A stretch of 64,000 bases of DNA, from the NCBI RefSeq assembly GCF_009914755.1, contig NC_060933.1, one strand, 5' to 3'. Under the pieces are notes generated by a model. The model made no database searches and was not told where the DNA came from. It was given only the letters and a program-made list of their open reading frames with translations. The position numbers and the translations under genes are program-made. This document shows positions 12,116-24,570 of the stretch, piece after piece. Origin of the DNA: the human T2T-CHM13v2.0 reference genome, Homo sapiens. The first letter of the stretch is position 1. Every line of letters starts with the position of its first letter.

Positions 12116-14928
12116 AAATTCAATAATAGTATTGTAACTGAATGATGATAATTGTATTATGGTTATGGTAAAAGAATGTCTTTGATGCTAAGAAGACAGA
12201 GTAAAATACTACGGAGTAAAGAGACATAGTATCTACAACTTACTGTCAAATAGCTGTATATAAATAAATATAATATACACACATACATGTATATATAAAG
12301 AGAAAGAAAGGGTAAAACAAGCGTGGTAAGATGTTAATATCTAAAGATTCTGGGTGAAGGATTAAAGGAAATTCTTTTGTGATTCTTGAAACTTCCTATA
12401 AGTCTAAAATTATTTCAAAATAAAAGACATTTTTCCCAGTACTTGCTTAAAATAATCTGGAGAAAAGGGATAACTAAGTACAGATAATAATAAAACAATG
12501 AGCTCCTAATTAAAGATAAGTGGCACACGAGGTTTAATTAAAAAATTATTTTTCTTTTAACTAAAATTTTCCAAAATTAAATGTTTATACACACACACAC
12601 ACACACACACACCAGAGCTGTAACAATATGGGGAAGCCCTTAGAGTATCATTAACAAAGCATGATATAATTTAGGGGAGGGGATATAATTTAACAAGAGA
12701 AGTTAAAAATTTATATCACTTCTCATAATAATTTAATTTTCTATAATTTATTCTGTAAAAACCTAAAAAGTTGCACATACATTTAAAAAATACTTTCCAA
12801 GTAGTAATTCCAGTTGTTCATAGTACATAACAAAAAGTGATTAATTTTATGACTCCAAATTAGTGAGAGAAATAATAAAATTTTAACAGTTGTTTGCTAT
12901 AGGAGGTAGCAATAGTGATAACATTTTTTACTTTTTTATACTTCTCCACAATTTTTAAAATTTTCTAAAATATTTATTATTCGTCACAAAGTCATACATG
13001 TAATAATCTTTTGAGATTTCTCAATTTTCTGGGAGGACAGATTAGTTTTAAAACTTAATTTTCTGAGCATTCATCAACATGAATAGAACTTGTCTAAACT
13101 GGAACAATATTGTACCAACTTTTTGTAAAGCAGTGGAAAGCATTTGTATCAACTTTTATAAATAAATAATTCAATCTGATATAAACACAGGTATGAGATG
13201 CTGGCCCTCTTCCCCTTATGGAAAAAAATAAAATAAAATGCTTAAGAGACAACAGAAGCAGGACCTTGTCATACTGACATGTTCCTAAAAGCTGAGTGCC
13301 ATAAGTCAAAGTTGGGAAAAAGCTAAACTAGGGTCAGAATGACACATAGGGCTCATCCCAGTGGGAGTGGGCAGAAGTTAAAAAGCCTCACCCACAGAGT
13401 GTGGTGCACACTTGTCCTAATCGAACCAAAACCAGCATCCAGTGTGATTCAAGTTAAGTAAAAGGAGGGATCCACAGCTAGAGGTTTATTGTACAGCCCA
13501 TGCTTCCTGGTAGGATAGTAGGAGTGCAGCAGGACTTCAGTGACTAGATCATCTAAGCCTAAACCAAGAAAGTGGATTGGCTGGGCATAAACCCCCCATG
13601 TAGGAGGACGGGGGTCATGTCATGGCTCTAAAACCAACAGAAAAAGGAAATTTACATAGGAAATTAAGGCTAAAAGCAGCTGTAAAAACGACTGGTGATG
13701 TGCAGCAAGGATATGCTGTGCTTGGCCATGTCAGAAGAATCCACAGAAAAAGAAACAAAAAGGATTGTAATAGGTTTACTGAAGAGTTTAAACTCACTGG
13801 AATGTAAAATGAAATACTTTTCCTATAACAGTCACTAATTTCAGCCTTTTTGGAGAATGAATTGTCTCAAAAATGTCTGGTTTATCTTGTTGATGTCCCA
13901 AACGCTTCTGGTTATTTTCAGCGTAAAATACTCATCCTCCAGCCCCCTTCTAGACCTGTTGACCTGTTCCTCTGTTATCTACAGCCTAGAGAGGGAAAGC
14001 TCAGCAAGCCCCATTCACCAAGCCAGATGTCAGCTTCTCTTCCTTTGCAGGCACCCAAAACCTCAAGAGTTTTTTTTGCAGTACCTTCTTACTCGCTTTT
14101 TTGCAGTACCTTCTTACTTGACTTAGATTAGAACAGTGTTTCCAGTCTTCCACAGGATTCAGATGTTTTCTTTATACAAATATGTGGGAGAATGAGCAAG
14201 CAGGTGTGGTGATTGACAATGGTAGGAAGATTTATGAAAGATATATGGACCCAAATAATTGGTGGCTTACAAAAATAAGATGTGCTAGCTAGTATCCTTT
14301 GTCTTCACTTTGGAGTCCTTACTTCAGTTCCTCAGTTGGGACTCATAGGAAAAGTCAATCTCAACGTTCTCTACAAAGGAAACTACAATGAACTTGGCAC
14401 ATTATGTCAGGTATTTTGTGCAACTTACTGAATCTTTACAATAACACTGGGAGCAGGGTTTATTTACTCCCTTTTTGGAAATAAGGAAACTACAGTTTTA
14501 AAAACATGAATAAACCTGCCTGATACTACTAAAGTAGTTTTGAATTTATACTCCTCCCATCTATTTTCAAAGCTTTTGTTTGGTGTTTTCTACTGTGTTG
14601 CCACAAATACACCAGATATACTTGTTTTGGATATTGCCAGAGAAAATAACTGAAGGAATTTATTGTCTTCACGAGATCTGGGTCAGAACCCATTCGAATC
14701 TGTTTACTGTTAGAATTTCAGTAACAGCAGATTACTGTCCTCAGTGATTCTAGATGATCAAAGGTAGTGAAGGCAAAGAATAAAAATCTCTCCTCATAAT
14801 TTTGCTTTTCTCAGATAAAGTCCTCAATAGTTGCACAATAATGCCATTTCTATGCTGCTTCTTTTAATTTTAAATGACAAAAATTGTACATATTTATGGT
14901 ACACAAGATGATCTTTTAATACAAGTAT

Positions 14929-16973
14929 TGTATTAGTCCATTTTCATACTGATATGAAGAAATACCTGAGACTGGGTAATTTATAAAGAAAAAGAGGTTT
15001 AATGAACTCACAGTTCCACATGGCTGTGGAGGCCTCACAATAATGGCAGACGTCAGAGGAGGAGCAAGATGAGATTTGGGTGGGGACACAGCCAGACCCT
15101 ATCATTCTGCCCCAGCCCCTTCCAAATCTCATGTCCTCACATTTCAAAACCAATCATGCCTTCCCAACAGTCCCCCAAAGTCTTAACTCATTTCAGCATT
15201 AACTTAAAAGTCCATGGTCCAAAGTCTCATCTGAGACAAGGCAAGTCCCTTCTGCCTATGAGCCTGTAAAACCAAAAGCAAGTTAGTTACTTCATAGATA
15301 CAAAGCGCATATAGGCACTGGGTAAATACACCCATTCCAAATGGAAGAAATTGACTAAAACAAAGGGCTACAAGCTCCATGAAGTCCAAATCCAATAGGG
15401 TAGTCATTAAACCTTGAAGTTCTAAAACGATCTCCTTTGACTCCATGTCCAGGTCACACTGATGCAAGAGGTGGGCTCTCATGGCCTTGGGCAGCTCCAC
15501 CACTGTGGCTTTGCAGGGCACAGCCTCCCTCTCGGTTGCTTTTACAGGCTGGCTTTTCTAGATGCATGGTGCAAGATGTTGGTGGATCTACCATTCTGAG
15601 TTCTGGAGGACAATGGCCCTCTTCTCACACCTCAACTAGGCAGTGCCCCAGTGGGGACTTTGTGCGGGGCCTCCAACCCCACATTTCCCTTCTGTGCTGT
15701 CCTAGCAGAGGTTCTCCATGGGGGCCCTGCCCCTGCAGCAAACTTCTGCCTGGACATCCAGATGTTTCCATAAATCTGAAATCTAGGCAGAAGTTCCCAA
15801 ACCATTCTTCACTTCTGTGCACCTGCAGGCTCAACAATATGTGGAAGCTGCCAAGGCTTGGGGCTTGCACCCACTGAAGCCATAGCCCAAGCTTTACCCT
15901 GGCCCCTTTTAGCCATGACTAGAGCAGCTGGGACACAGGGCAACAAGTCTTTAGGCTGCACACAGCAGGGTGGCCCTGAGCCTGGCTCAGGAAACCATTT
16001 TTTCCTCCTAGGTCTCCAGTCCCGTGATGGGAGGGGCTGCCAGGAAGGTCTCTGATATGCCCTGGAGACTTTTTCCCCACTGTCTTGGCAATAACATTTG
16101 GCTCCTCATTACTTATGCAAATTTCTGTAGCAGGCTTGAATTTCTCCTCAAAAAATAGGTTTTTCTTTTCTATCGCATTGTCAGGCTGCAAATTTTCCAA
16201 ACTTTTATGCTCTGCTTCCTCTTGAATCCTTTACCTACTTATAAATTTCTTCTGCCAGATACCCTAAATCATCTCTCTGAAGTTCAAAGTACCACAGATC
16301 TCTAGAGCAGAAGCAAAATGCCACCAGTTTCTTTGCTAAAGCATAACAAGAGTCACCTTTGCTCAAGTTCCCAACAAGTTCTTCATCTCCATCTGAGACC
16401 ACTTCAGCCTAAACTTTACTGTCTATATCACTATCAGCATTTTGGTCAAAGCCATTCAGCAAGTCTCTAGGAAGTTCCAAACTTTCCCACACTTTCCTAT
16501 CTTTTTCTGAGCTCTCCAAACTGTTCCACCTCTGCTTATTACCTAGTTCCAAAGTCACTTCCACATTTTCAGGTATCCTTATAGCAGCACCCCACTACCT
16601 GTTACCAATTTACTCTATTAGTCCATTTTCATACTGCTATGAAGAAATACCCAAGACTGGGTAATTTATAAAGAAAAGCAGGTTTAATGGACTCACAGTT
16701 CCACATGGCTAGGAGGCCTCACAATCATGGTGGGTGGTGAAGGAGAAGCAAAGGCACATTTTACATGGTGGCAGGCAAGAAAGCAGGTACAAGGGAACTG
16801 TGCTTTTAATGAAACCATCAGTTCTCATGAAATTTATTCACTATCACGAGAGCAGCATGTGAAAAACCCACTCCCATGGTTCAGTTACCTCCCACCAGGT
16901 CAATCCTACAACATATGGGGACTATAGGAGCTACAATTCAAGAATTGGATGGGGACACAGCCAAACCATATCA
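14929..16973 (-). mobile_element. THE1 (THE1C-like) MaLR provirus: 5' LTR 16973-16614, internal 16613-15105, internally deleted 3' LTR 15104-14929
   Basis: LTR begins TGATATGGTTTGGCTGTGTCCCC on the minus strand; internal part begins GTAAATTGGTA. Nested in a short L1MA 3' fragment (14861-14928 and 16974-17015). Confidence 0.93.
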
Positions 16974-17039
16974 TATGTACATTGTCAAATGGCTAAGGCA
17001 AGCTAATTATACATAAAAGACCCATATATCCCTTTGATC

Positions 17040-17996
17040 TTACTGGTTAATAGCTTTCCTGCTCAGCAAATATTTTATAGCAGCTTTTACATCTTTATTT
17101 CTCAAGCTATAGATTATGGGGTTTAACATGGGGGTCACAACCCCATAAAACATGGAAACAAGCCCCTCTGTAGCTTGCAAGTTGTCTTTCCCAAGGAGGT
17201 CCTGGGACTTAGGTTTTGCATACATAAAGAAGATGGTACCATAAAATATGATCACCACAGTCAGGTGAGCTGAGCATGTAGAAAATGCCTTGTGTCTTCC
17301 TGTGGCCGAGTTCGTTCGCAAGATGGTGTAGAGGATGAACATATAGGAGAAAAAAATCACGAGCAGAGGAAGAACTAGGAAAGCAATATTTGACACTGCT
17401 AGGGTAACAATATTGACAGATATATCAGAACAAGCTAATTTTAGGACAGCTAAGATCTCGCATAAGAAATGATTAATAATATTGTTCCCACAGAAAGGCC
17501 ATCGCATGGCAAGTGATGTTTGCACAGTTGAATTGATTCCACCAGAAAGCCATGATACAGAAGTCAGCAGTACATACACCACCTTGTTCATGATGATGGG
17601 GTATCTCAGAGGGTTACAGATGGCCACATAACGATCAAATGCCATCATGCCAAGGAGGAAACATTCTGTTGACCCCATTGCAAACCCAAAGAACATCTGC
17701 ACTGCACATCCAGAGAAGGAAATGTTTCTTTTCTTTGAGATTAAGCTCACCAGTGTTGAGGGAATGGAGGAGGTTGTATAGCAGATATCCAGGAAAGAGA
17801 GGTTGCCCAGGAAGAAGTACATGGGCATGTGAAGACGAGAATCCAAGATGCTTGCTATGATCAGAACACCATTGCCAATTAGAATCACTACGTACATAAC
17901 TAGAATCAGAGCAAAGAAAATGATCTCAAGTTTGGGGTAACCAGAGAGTCCCAGAAGAATGAATTCTCTCACAAATGTCTGGTTTATCTTGTCCAT
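17040..17996 (-). CDS. OR13C4: Olfactory receptor 13C4, 318 aa
   Basis: ATG at 17996 (MDKINQT, N-glycosylation sequon), TAA at 17040-17042. OR motifs [38 protein letters not shown] and [12 protein letters not shown] are present. Symbol from recognising the protein. Confidence 0.95.
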
Positions 17997-18989
17997 GTCC
18001 CAGCTTTCAGGATGCCAAAGGAAGACCCAATGTATAATATTTTCACAGCCAAGCAACAAATGTAAAAAATAACTTGAATAAACATTACTCTAGGGTGAAA
18101 TAGAGACTGTTTGTTTTAAAGCTCTGCCATTGAGTTATCTTCAATAGTATTTGTGCCTAGAATACAGCCACACTAGGATGTTTAGAGTTTCTATGCCCTG
18201 TATCTAATATGTGAAGATCTACCTAGGATCAGAAGTAAATACAGACACAACTTTTCTTATTGTTGAGGACATCCCAAGTTGAGTTTTCTAAAAGCCTTAG
18301 ATTATTGCAGACAACAAACCTAACTTCTTCATTTAGTCAAGCCCAGTGAGAGAGCTGCAAAGAAGAAAAAAGACAACTCAACAAGAACCAGAATTTTGAC
18401 CCAGCGTTTAATAGAAATGTTCAGAATTTTAAAGCAGGTTAGATGTTCACATACATTTGTTTGTCTGCCTAAAACTCTGAATGTCTTTCCAGTCAGATAA
18501 ATGTGTATTTTTATAGGGAAGATATTTGATAATAGTAAATTGAGCCCCACACACTGCAATTTAACATCTGTTCAAAGGTAAAGTTATTTGTTGATCTCAT
18601 TCTAACATCCCACTCTTACTATTTTGTTATTCCCTATGACAAGATCATGGTGTAGACCAGCTCTACAAGTATATGATGGAGAATCTTTGGAGAACAATAC
18701 ATGATCTCTATTTGTTTTACCATGGCTTCAGAGTTAATCTTGAGAATTCATTTAAGTAAACCTGAAAAAAGAGGAATAATAGTCAAACATATTTGTGTGT
18801 ATGTGTGTGCAGCACTTTACAAAAGCAAATGAATCTTCTCATTATCCTTAATTTGCTTTTCTCAAATGTAAAAGACAGAATGTGGCCTATATGTACAAAG
18901 GGAAACTTAAAGCTCAGCTCTTTGGATGGCAACACCAAAAGTTATTTTACCTTGTTTTCGCAAAGTACTATCCAAAATTTTTAGCTTTG

Positions 18990-19160
18990 ATGGAATTTCA
19001 ATTTTTCAAATTTCATATGCACATAAATCACCTGAGGATACTGTTAACATGTAAATTTTATGTTAGCACGTCTGGGGCAAGGCCTGTGATTCTTCATGTC
19101 TATTAAGTTCCCAGGGTATGTTGAACCACTGAGATGAGGGCACATTTTGTGTAGCAAGAC
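18990..19160. mobile_element. MER5A-like hAT element; paralogous copy at ~28490-28910
   Basis: AATCACCTGAGG...CTGGGGCAAGGCCTGTGATTC...TCCCAGG...TTTGTGTAGCAAG. Confidence 0.65.
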
Positions 19161-20984
19161 ATTGGTTTATCTATAGTGATTTAGTAGAGTATCCAGAGAT
19201 TTCTGATCCAAATAGATTTTCTTTTGTGTTATTATATGGACTGGCTTAACAACCTGGAAAATGACTGAAAGCCTAATTCTTTTGTGTTTGCCAGCATACT
19301 CCAGGGCCACATCTTGCTGTTCAGTATACTTCAGAAAATAAATGCTATTGAAACATTTTATGAAAGCAGGATAAACTTTTGCTGGACTGCTATAATATGG
19401 GTATGATATTACTGATTTCCTAACTTGAGCACAGTCCTCTTCCAACACAAGTAAGGGTGGAAAAAGTATGACACAACATGTCTACCATCAAAAAGTTCAT
19501 AATTCAATAACAAAAACACAAAAACTACACATGGAACAATTTGATAAAGAATATTATTATATCATGTGGCCAGGGTGAATATTATAAGTAACCTCAGAAG
19601 GAGGAAGTAAAGGAGAAATAAATAAATCACGTGAGGGTCCTGAAAGAATTTCAAAGTTATACCAGGTCTGGAAGCACAAAAGGAATGGGGCAGGTTTGGA
19701 AGAGAAGAGAGAAACAGGGCTATTCCAGAAGGGAGAGCAGCTTAATGTTTTAGAGGAGCAGATTGGCAGTACCAGGGGAGTTTCAGCAGAAACACAACTG
19801 AAAAGTTAATGAGGCAGGCATATAGAAGGGCCCAAAGGTTAGGAAGAAAAAAAAATGGCATTCCCTTTTGTATGTAAGGGACTTATTATTAGATAAGAAC
19901 ACCCAGCACAAGGTGATTGCTTAGCCCCTGTAACTTTAGCTACCTTTCAAACCTGACATTATATAATTTGATTTTATGAGGTTTTGAATAGACATGTGAC
20001 ACAAGGAATTAAGATGCTTAGATTAATTAGGTTATTATCAATTACTGCCTGGTACACACATACACACACACAGCCCATCATCATCTTTTCATAACCTCCA
20101 GTTTTTAGGTTAACCAAAATTGCAGGTTTAGGGCTCACGTGGGCTAACAGTTTTGAGAATATCTGCAGAGGCTCAACCCCTACTCTAACATTCAGTTTGT
20201 TATGTGATGATAAGTGAAAAATTTCTCTACAGTGTGTAATGACTTGGAGTCAGAAGCCAAACCAGACAGAGGGATTCTCACTTCAGAAACAGTTTAAAGA
20301 ATACCAGTAGAACATCTGAACTTTTAAGAGAAGCACAAATAAATGTTGGATCTCCAAATTAGAGATGAGAAAATTAAGCCTCAAAGAAATTTTAAATCTA
20401 TATTTCCTCAGCTTAAGACTAGAAGTACCTATTGAAAAAAAAAACAAATGCTTTTTGTTTATTTAAGTGAATAAAATCACTTAAACAACTTCTATTGCAG
20501 ACTTCTACGTGCCAGATCCTGTGCTTGAAATTTGCTTACCTGGCTGAGGTCACATGACTAGCACAGGCAAAGGCAAAATCCAAAGCCCATTCTCCTTCCA
20601 CTACTTCTCTCTCTAAAAGGTAGCATTAAAATCTGTATAGAAATCATGTGTCAACAACAGAGAACAGTCAGTGAGTAACATAATAAATGGAGTTCATAAA
20701 GGTGAAACTTTAGTCTGTTAAAAATGTACAAGGAGAATGATTAATTCTTGAGGACTTAGTACTTCTCATCATGGAAGAAGGTTCACGGTTGTGGGATTGA
20801 ATCATATGCCTTAGAACAGTCCATTTGCTGTGAAACCTTTCTACAGTACTTCGTAGCATAGGTCAAAATTCTCTCTCAAGCAGGCTACAGAAATCCTTTG
20901 AGGATGCATTGGATAAGTAACATCAACACGCTAGCAGCCCAGTCATGAAAGCAAATGGAAGAAAACAGAAAGATAATAACTTAC

Positions 20985-21120
20985 CAGGAAAGGTGGTGAT
21001 GATGTGCCAGATCCCGCCTAGATCTCCAGCCCAGGCTTTGCCTTCCAGACAAATGTAATGACAATGCATTTTAGGCTACCTAGACAGCTTCTTCTGCCAT
21101 CTGCTCCAAGCCTTCCCCTC
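20985..21120 (-). other. Candidate second non-coding 5' exon of OR13C4 (136 nt)
   Basis: On the minus strand, acceptor ATTTCTTCCTAG (AG at 21122-21121) and donor CTG|GTAAGT (20984-20979). Motif evidence only. Confidence 0.4.
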
Positions 21121-21544
21121 CTAGGAAGAAATTATCTCACCAATTCAATCCACCTTAAGCCAAGCCTGTCTTGCTACCCTTGGTTTTCTTCTTATCCCAG
21201 CTCTTTAAATTGGTTCTCTCATGTATTGTGAGATAACACGAGACATGGGGAAGGAGCTTGCTTGTCTTGCCCATTCCTCTACACCTATGGCCTAACACGG
21301 TGGCTACACATAATAGATGGGTTTTTCTAGGCTCTTAGGCAATTTCCCTGTGCAATATTTACAGATTAATGTTCAGAACTTTAATATGCACAAAGTGTTT
21401 ATTTGCAGCAAGTAATCTGTTAAAAAAAAAACAGAAAATATATCTTTCTGTCAGTACTAATAAGCTGCCAACTTATAAAGAGATTAACTGGTTTATGCAC
21501 TGCAAGTATAAAGGCATCACCTAATTCACACTTGAACAGATATG

Positions 21545-21720
21545 GCATGGGGTTAGCCTAGTTAAAAAGTGCTTGGGATTCAGAAACAAAAATCCTAGTT
21601 TTGAGGTTATTTTTTCTTCTAATATGTAACTCATTTTTCATTTGTTAAATAGTTATGGAAATACCTGCCCTACTTTTCTCACAGGTTTGTTTTGAGAAAA
21701 AATTCAGCTAGCATATGGAA
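21545..21720 (+). mobile_element. MIR fragment; paralog at ~31025-31200
   Basis: CTCATTTTTCATTTGTTAAATAG...ATACCTGCCCTAC...CACAGGTTTGTTTTGAG. Confidence 0.55.
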
Positions 21721-21902
21721 ACTGCTTTATGGATTAACCAGCACTATGCAGATCATAATAATGATAATATTATTATCATAGCCATATTTGATAATAATAC
21801 CACATTGATAGCTGTATTGCCTAACGATATTCACACCATAAATCCACATGTAATAATAGCTTTAATTATAAATATAAAAGGTACAGTTTCATGGTATTCA
21901 GG

Positions 21903-22340
21903 ACTTACCTTTACAATGATAAATTATGTCCCCCTCCTAGAAGAACCAGGTACTATTTCCTAGTATTTACGTCAGCATTATGAATTAAAGTCAGGTTCAA
22001 CAAAAGATGTCAGATTCCATAGATGTGGAACAGTACATATTTGTTATGCAACAGTTATTGTAATTGTTCCCCATTTCGCAAAGCAATTTAAAGTTGGAGT
22101 GAGAGATCTGTGGAATGGAGAAACTTCTGGTGCGTTAGGGACAGTGTCCCACAGACCCAATTAAGAGGGGTGCTGGAAATAGACTGTGGGTGAACTAAAG
22201 CTCACAAATGAAATAACACTCTCCTGCCCACATAACTTCTAGGAGCAGGGGCAGATGTTCACCAAACAAACTTTATGAAATGTGAGAGCGTCCTAGTTTA
22301 AAATATATCTACCAAAGTTAATTCAAAGTAAGAAATTAAT
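21903..22340 (-). promoter_or_regulatory. Putative OR13C4 promoter and non-coding exon 1 (donor GTAAGT at 21908-21903)
   Basis: Far more similar to the OR13C3 paralogous block than the flanks are. Homeodomain-type TAATTG at 22163-22158, TCCCT/TCCCA O/E-like half sites, TTTAAATTGC at 22092-22083, consensus splice donor. Confidence 0.75.
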
Positions 22341-23034
22341 AATTCAAGTGATGTTTACTAAAAATGACCTCGATATTATGAACGAAATAAAATGGATAGT
22401 ATCTATGAATTAAATGCATTGTGATTAACTGTTTGCTTACTTTATTCTTTTTGAAAAATTAATTTTATGCAGCATGCGATTTTCAAGTTTTTTGAAATGA
22501 AAAGAAATACAGATAAGCAAGAAAATAGATAGATCCATGGGACAAAAGCAACTCTATATGTTTAAGACCAAAAAAGTGAAAAAAAATCCAGAATTGATAG
22601 TTTGGGGTATTATTGGGAAGAAAGGACATTATTGAATTAAAGTGTCTTAGCAAAGTCTATTAAGCTATATTTTAGATATTAACACTTAGATTGTCACTGT
22701 AATTTTCTAGTAGATGTCACATTTCGTGTACAATACTTGAATTCTCAGAAATAACAATTTACTTAAAAAGCAAAAACAGTATTTATATACGCACACAGAC
22801 ACAAACACATACATACAAACATAGCCCTCTCAACCAACACACACACCACAAACCGTGGTGTGTTTACATTAAATACGAATAGATATATGTCAAGAGTTTT
22901 TTTAATATTATAGAAGTCTAGAGCTAGAAACTCTGCAAAAATCATTTAGTAAGACTTTTCTTCCTATAGATGAGTAAACTGTGGTAAAAGTGATGAAATA
23001 CTATTCCCAAGTCATTGTTAGTATTTGACCTAGA

Positions 23035-24570
23035 GAGAATTCAGAACAGTCACTCTTCAGAAGAACCAGATAATGACAATAACAATAGCATATGAATTTT
23101 TACCAGTTCTTAGACAATAGCTAATGGAATAGTCTGAAAATATAGGCCTCATATGACTGGAAGATAAAGGACTCCTACATGGAGTGAGCAGTGAGACATT
23201 TTATTAACCTGAAGAGAGATTATTGGAGTGAAACTTACCTATATCTATTATAGAACTTCCCTACTGAATTCAGAAAAGGACTAGAATCAACAAAGGGGAG
23301 CCTTTATTCTCTTTTTGGAAGTGGCCTCTAGGGGACATAAGATGAGAGGGCATAGAGGCATTCGAGCAATGCAACAAAGTATGAAAATATATGCATCCCA
23401 TTGTCTCCCTTAAGAGCAGGAAATATACATAAAAATTGATCTGCTTCTCAGCAGAAGAATCAGAGATGAATGGCAGTTGTAAGTCGGCTACTGAAAGGAT
23501 CCAGGAGGAGCCATTGCTGGCAAATGGGTTATACTGGCCCATTATCTGGTTTCCAGGTGGATAACAGTGAATACTGACAGAGACAGACACTTATTCTGGA
23601 TTTAGGTTTGCATACCTCGCAAATAAAGCAAATACTACTAACACCACTAGTATAGGCCAAGAGCAAATGTATTATTTTAATTTGGATGTTGGTCACCTTG
23701 TTAAAGAACCCTAAAATTCAACATTGAGTAACAAAGCATCATAAATAGTAGATTTATATCCATTCCCATTCACAAAAACATGGACAAATGAAAATTGAAA
23801 TGAACAACTGAAACCCCTGCTTACAAAATTGGAGGGTAACAAGGACTAAAGGGATGTGTTTCACAACTGAATGAATGTGTGTTAAAACTTGCTATACATG
23901 GAATTAAATGGAGACCACCAATGGATCTATTACTGAGTTATTGTAGAAGATATAGAGAAGATAGTGGGAATGATACAGGTATTCACAGAAACTTTTCTGT
24001 TTCTAACACTTTTTCTTTTTATTTGCCTGCTTCTATGTTGGCGGGACATTCATTGCATTCATGAGTTCCAGAACATTATTTGCTGACTACAACACCATGA
24101 CAATACATCTAAATATTACTACTGCCCATATTCCTAAAAGAATGATAATATGGATCATTCTCTCTTTTCACCTTTTAAAAGTGGGATTAATGGTTTCTGT
24201 CTTTCCTACCTGGTGGATGAAGCAGGCCTATATGCTTGCAGTTATCCAACTCTACTCCAATATAACAGAATTGATAAAGGGTTTATATTGCTGGCAACTT
24301 TATGTCAGTTCTCTAGCTGAACCTAACAGTCCTACTCCAGGGAAGATAATCTAAGTAAAATAAATTAAAAGTGGAGGAAAGGAGAAGTAATTGTAGCTAT
24401 AAAAGGAGCCTATGAGAAGCTCTTTGGCATACTCTAAGATACATTTGGACGTTACTACTACAGTATGACAGTAACCTAGGAAGATCAACATTTGGGGTTC
24501 AAAATATACACTCAAACTCTATTTAAGCAATAAGCAGTTAACAACAATGTATTTGGTGTAGAATTCAACA
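23035..24570 (+). mobile_element. Decayed ERVL-type internal fragment (late RNase H, integrase, 3' region); paralog of 42650-44950
   Basis: WQMGYTGPL (23518-) and ILTETDTYSGFRFAY match the class III ERV integrase pattern WQVDYIGPL...LTGIDTYSGYGFA. Colinear with 42650-44950. Confidence 0.8.

Noticed and set aside
14069-14120. Short tandem duplications (TTTTTGCAGTACCTTCTTACT x2; also AAAGATACCCTTC x2 at 33651-33676 and a MIR-like duplication at 32340-32780)
   Set aside because: Two-copy slippage or local duplications with no spacer array; not CRISPR-like or otherwise functional on present evidence.
15204-16200. Several 65-146 aa ORFs
   Set aside because: All within the THE1 internal region; decayed MaLR sequence.
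17639-17860. Antisense ORF with a similar counterpart at 27124-27375
   Set aside because: The similarity follows from near identity of the sense OR coding sequences.
17997-18059. 21-aa N-terminal extension of OR13C4 in the ORF track (339 aa)
   Set aside because: It starts at TTG, not ATG; the canonical OR N-terminus starts at 17996.
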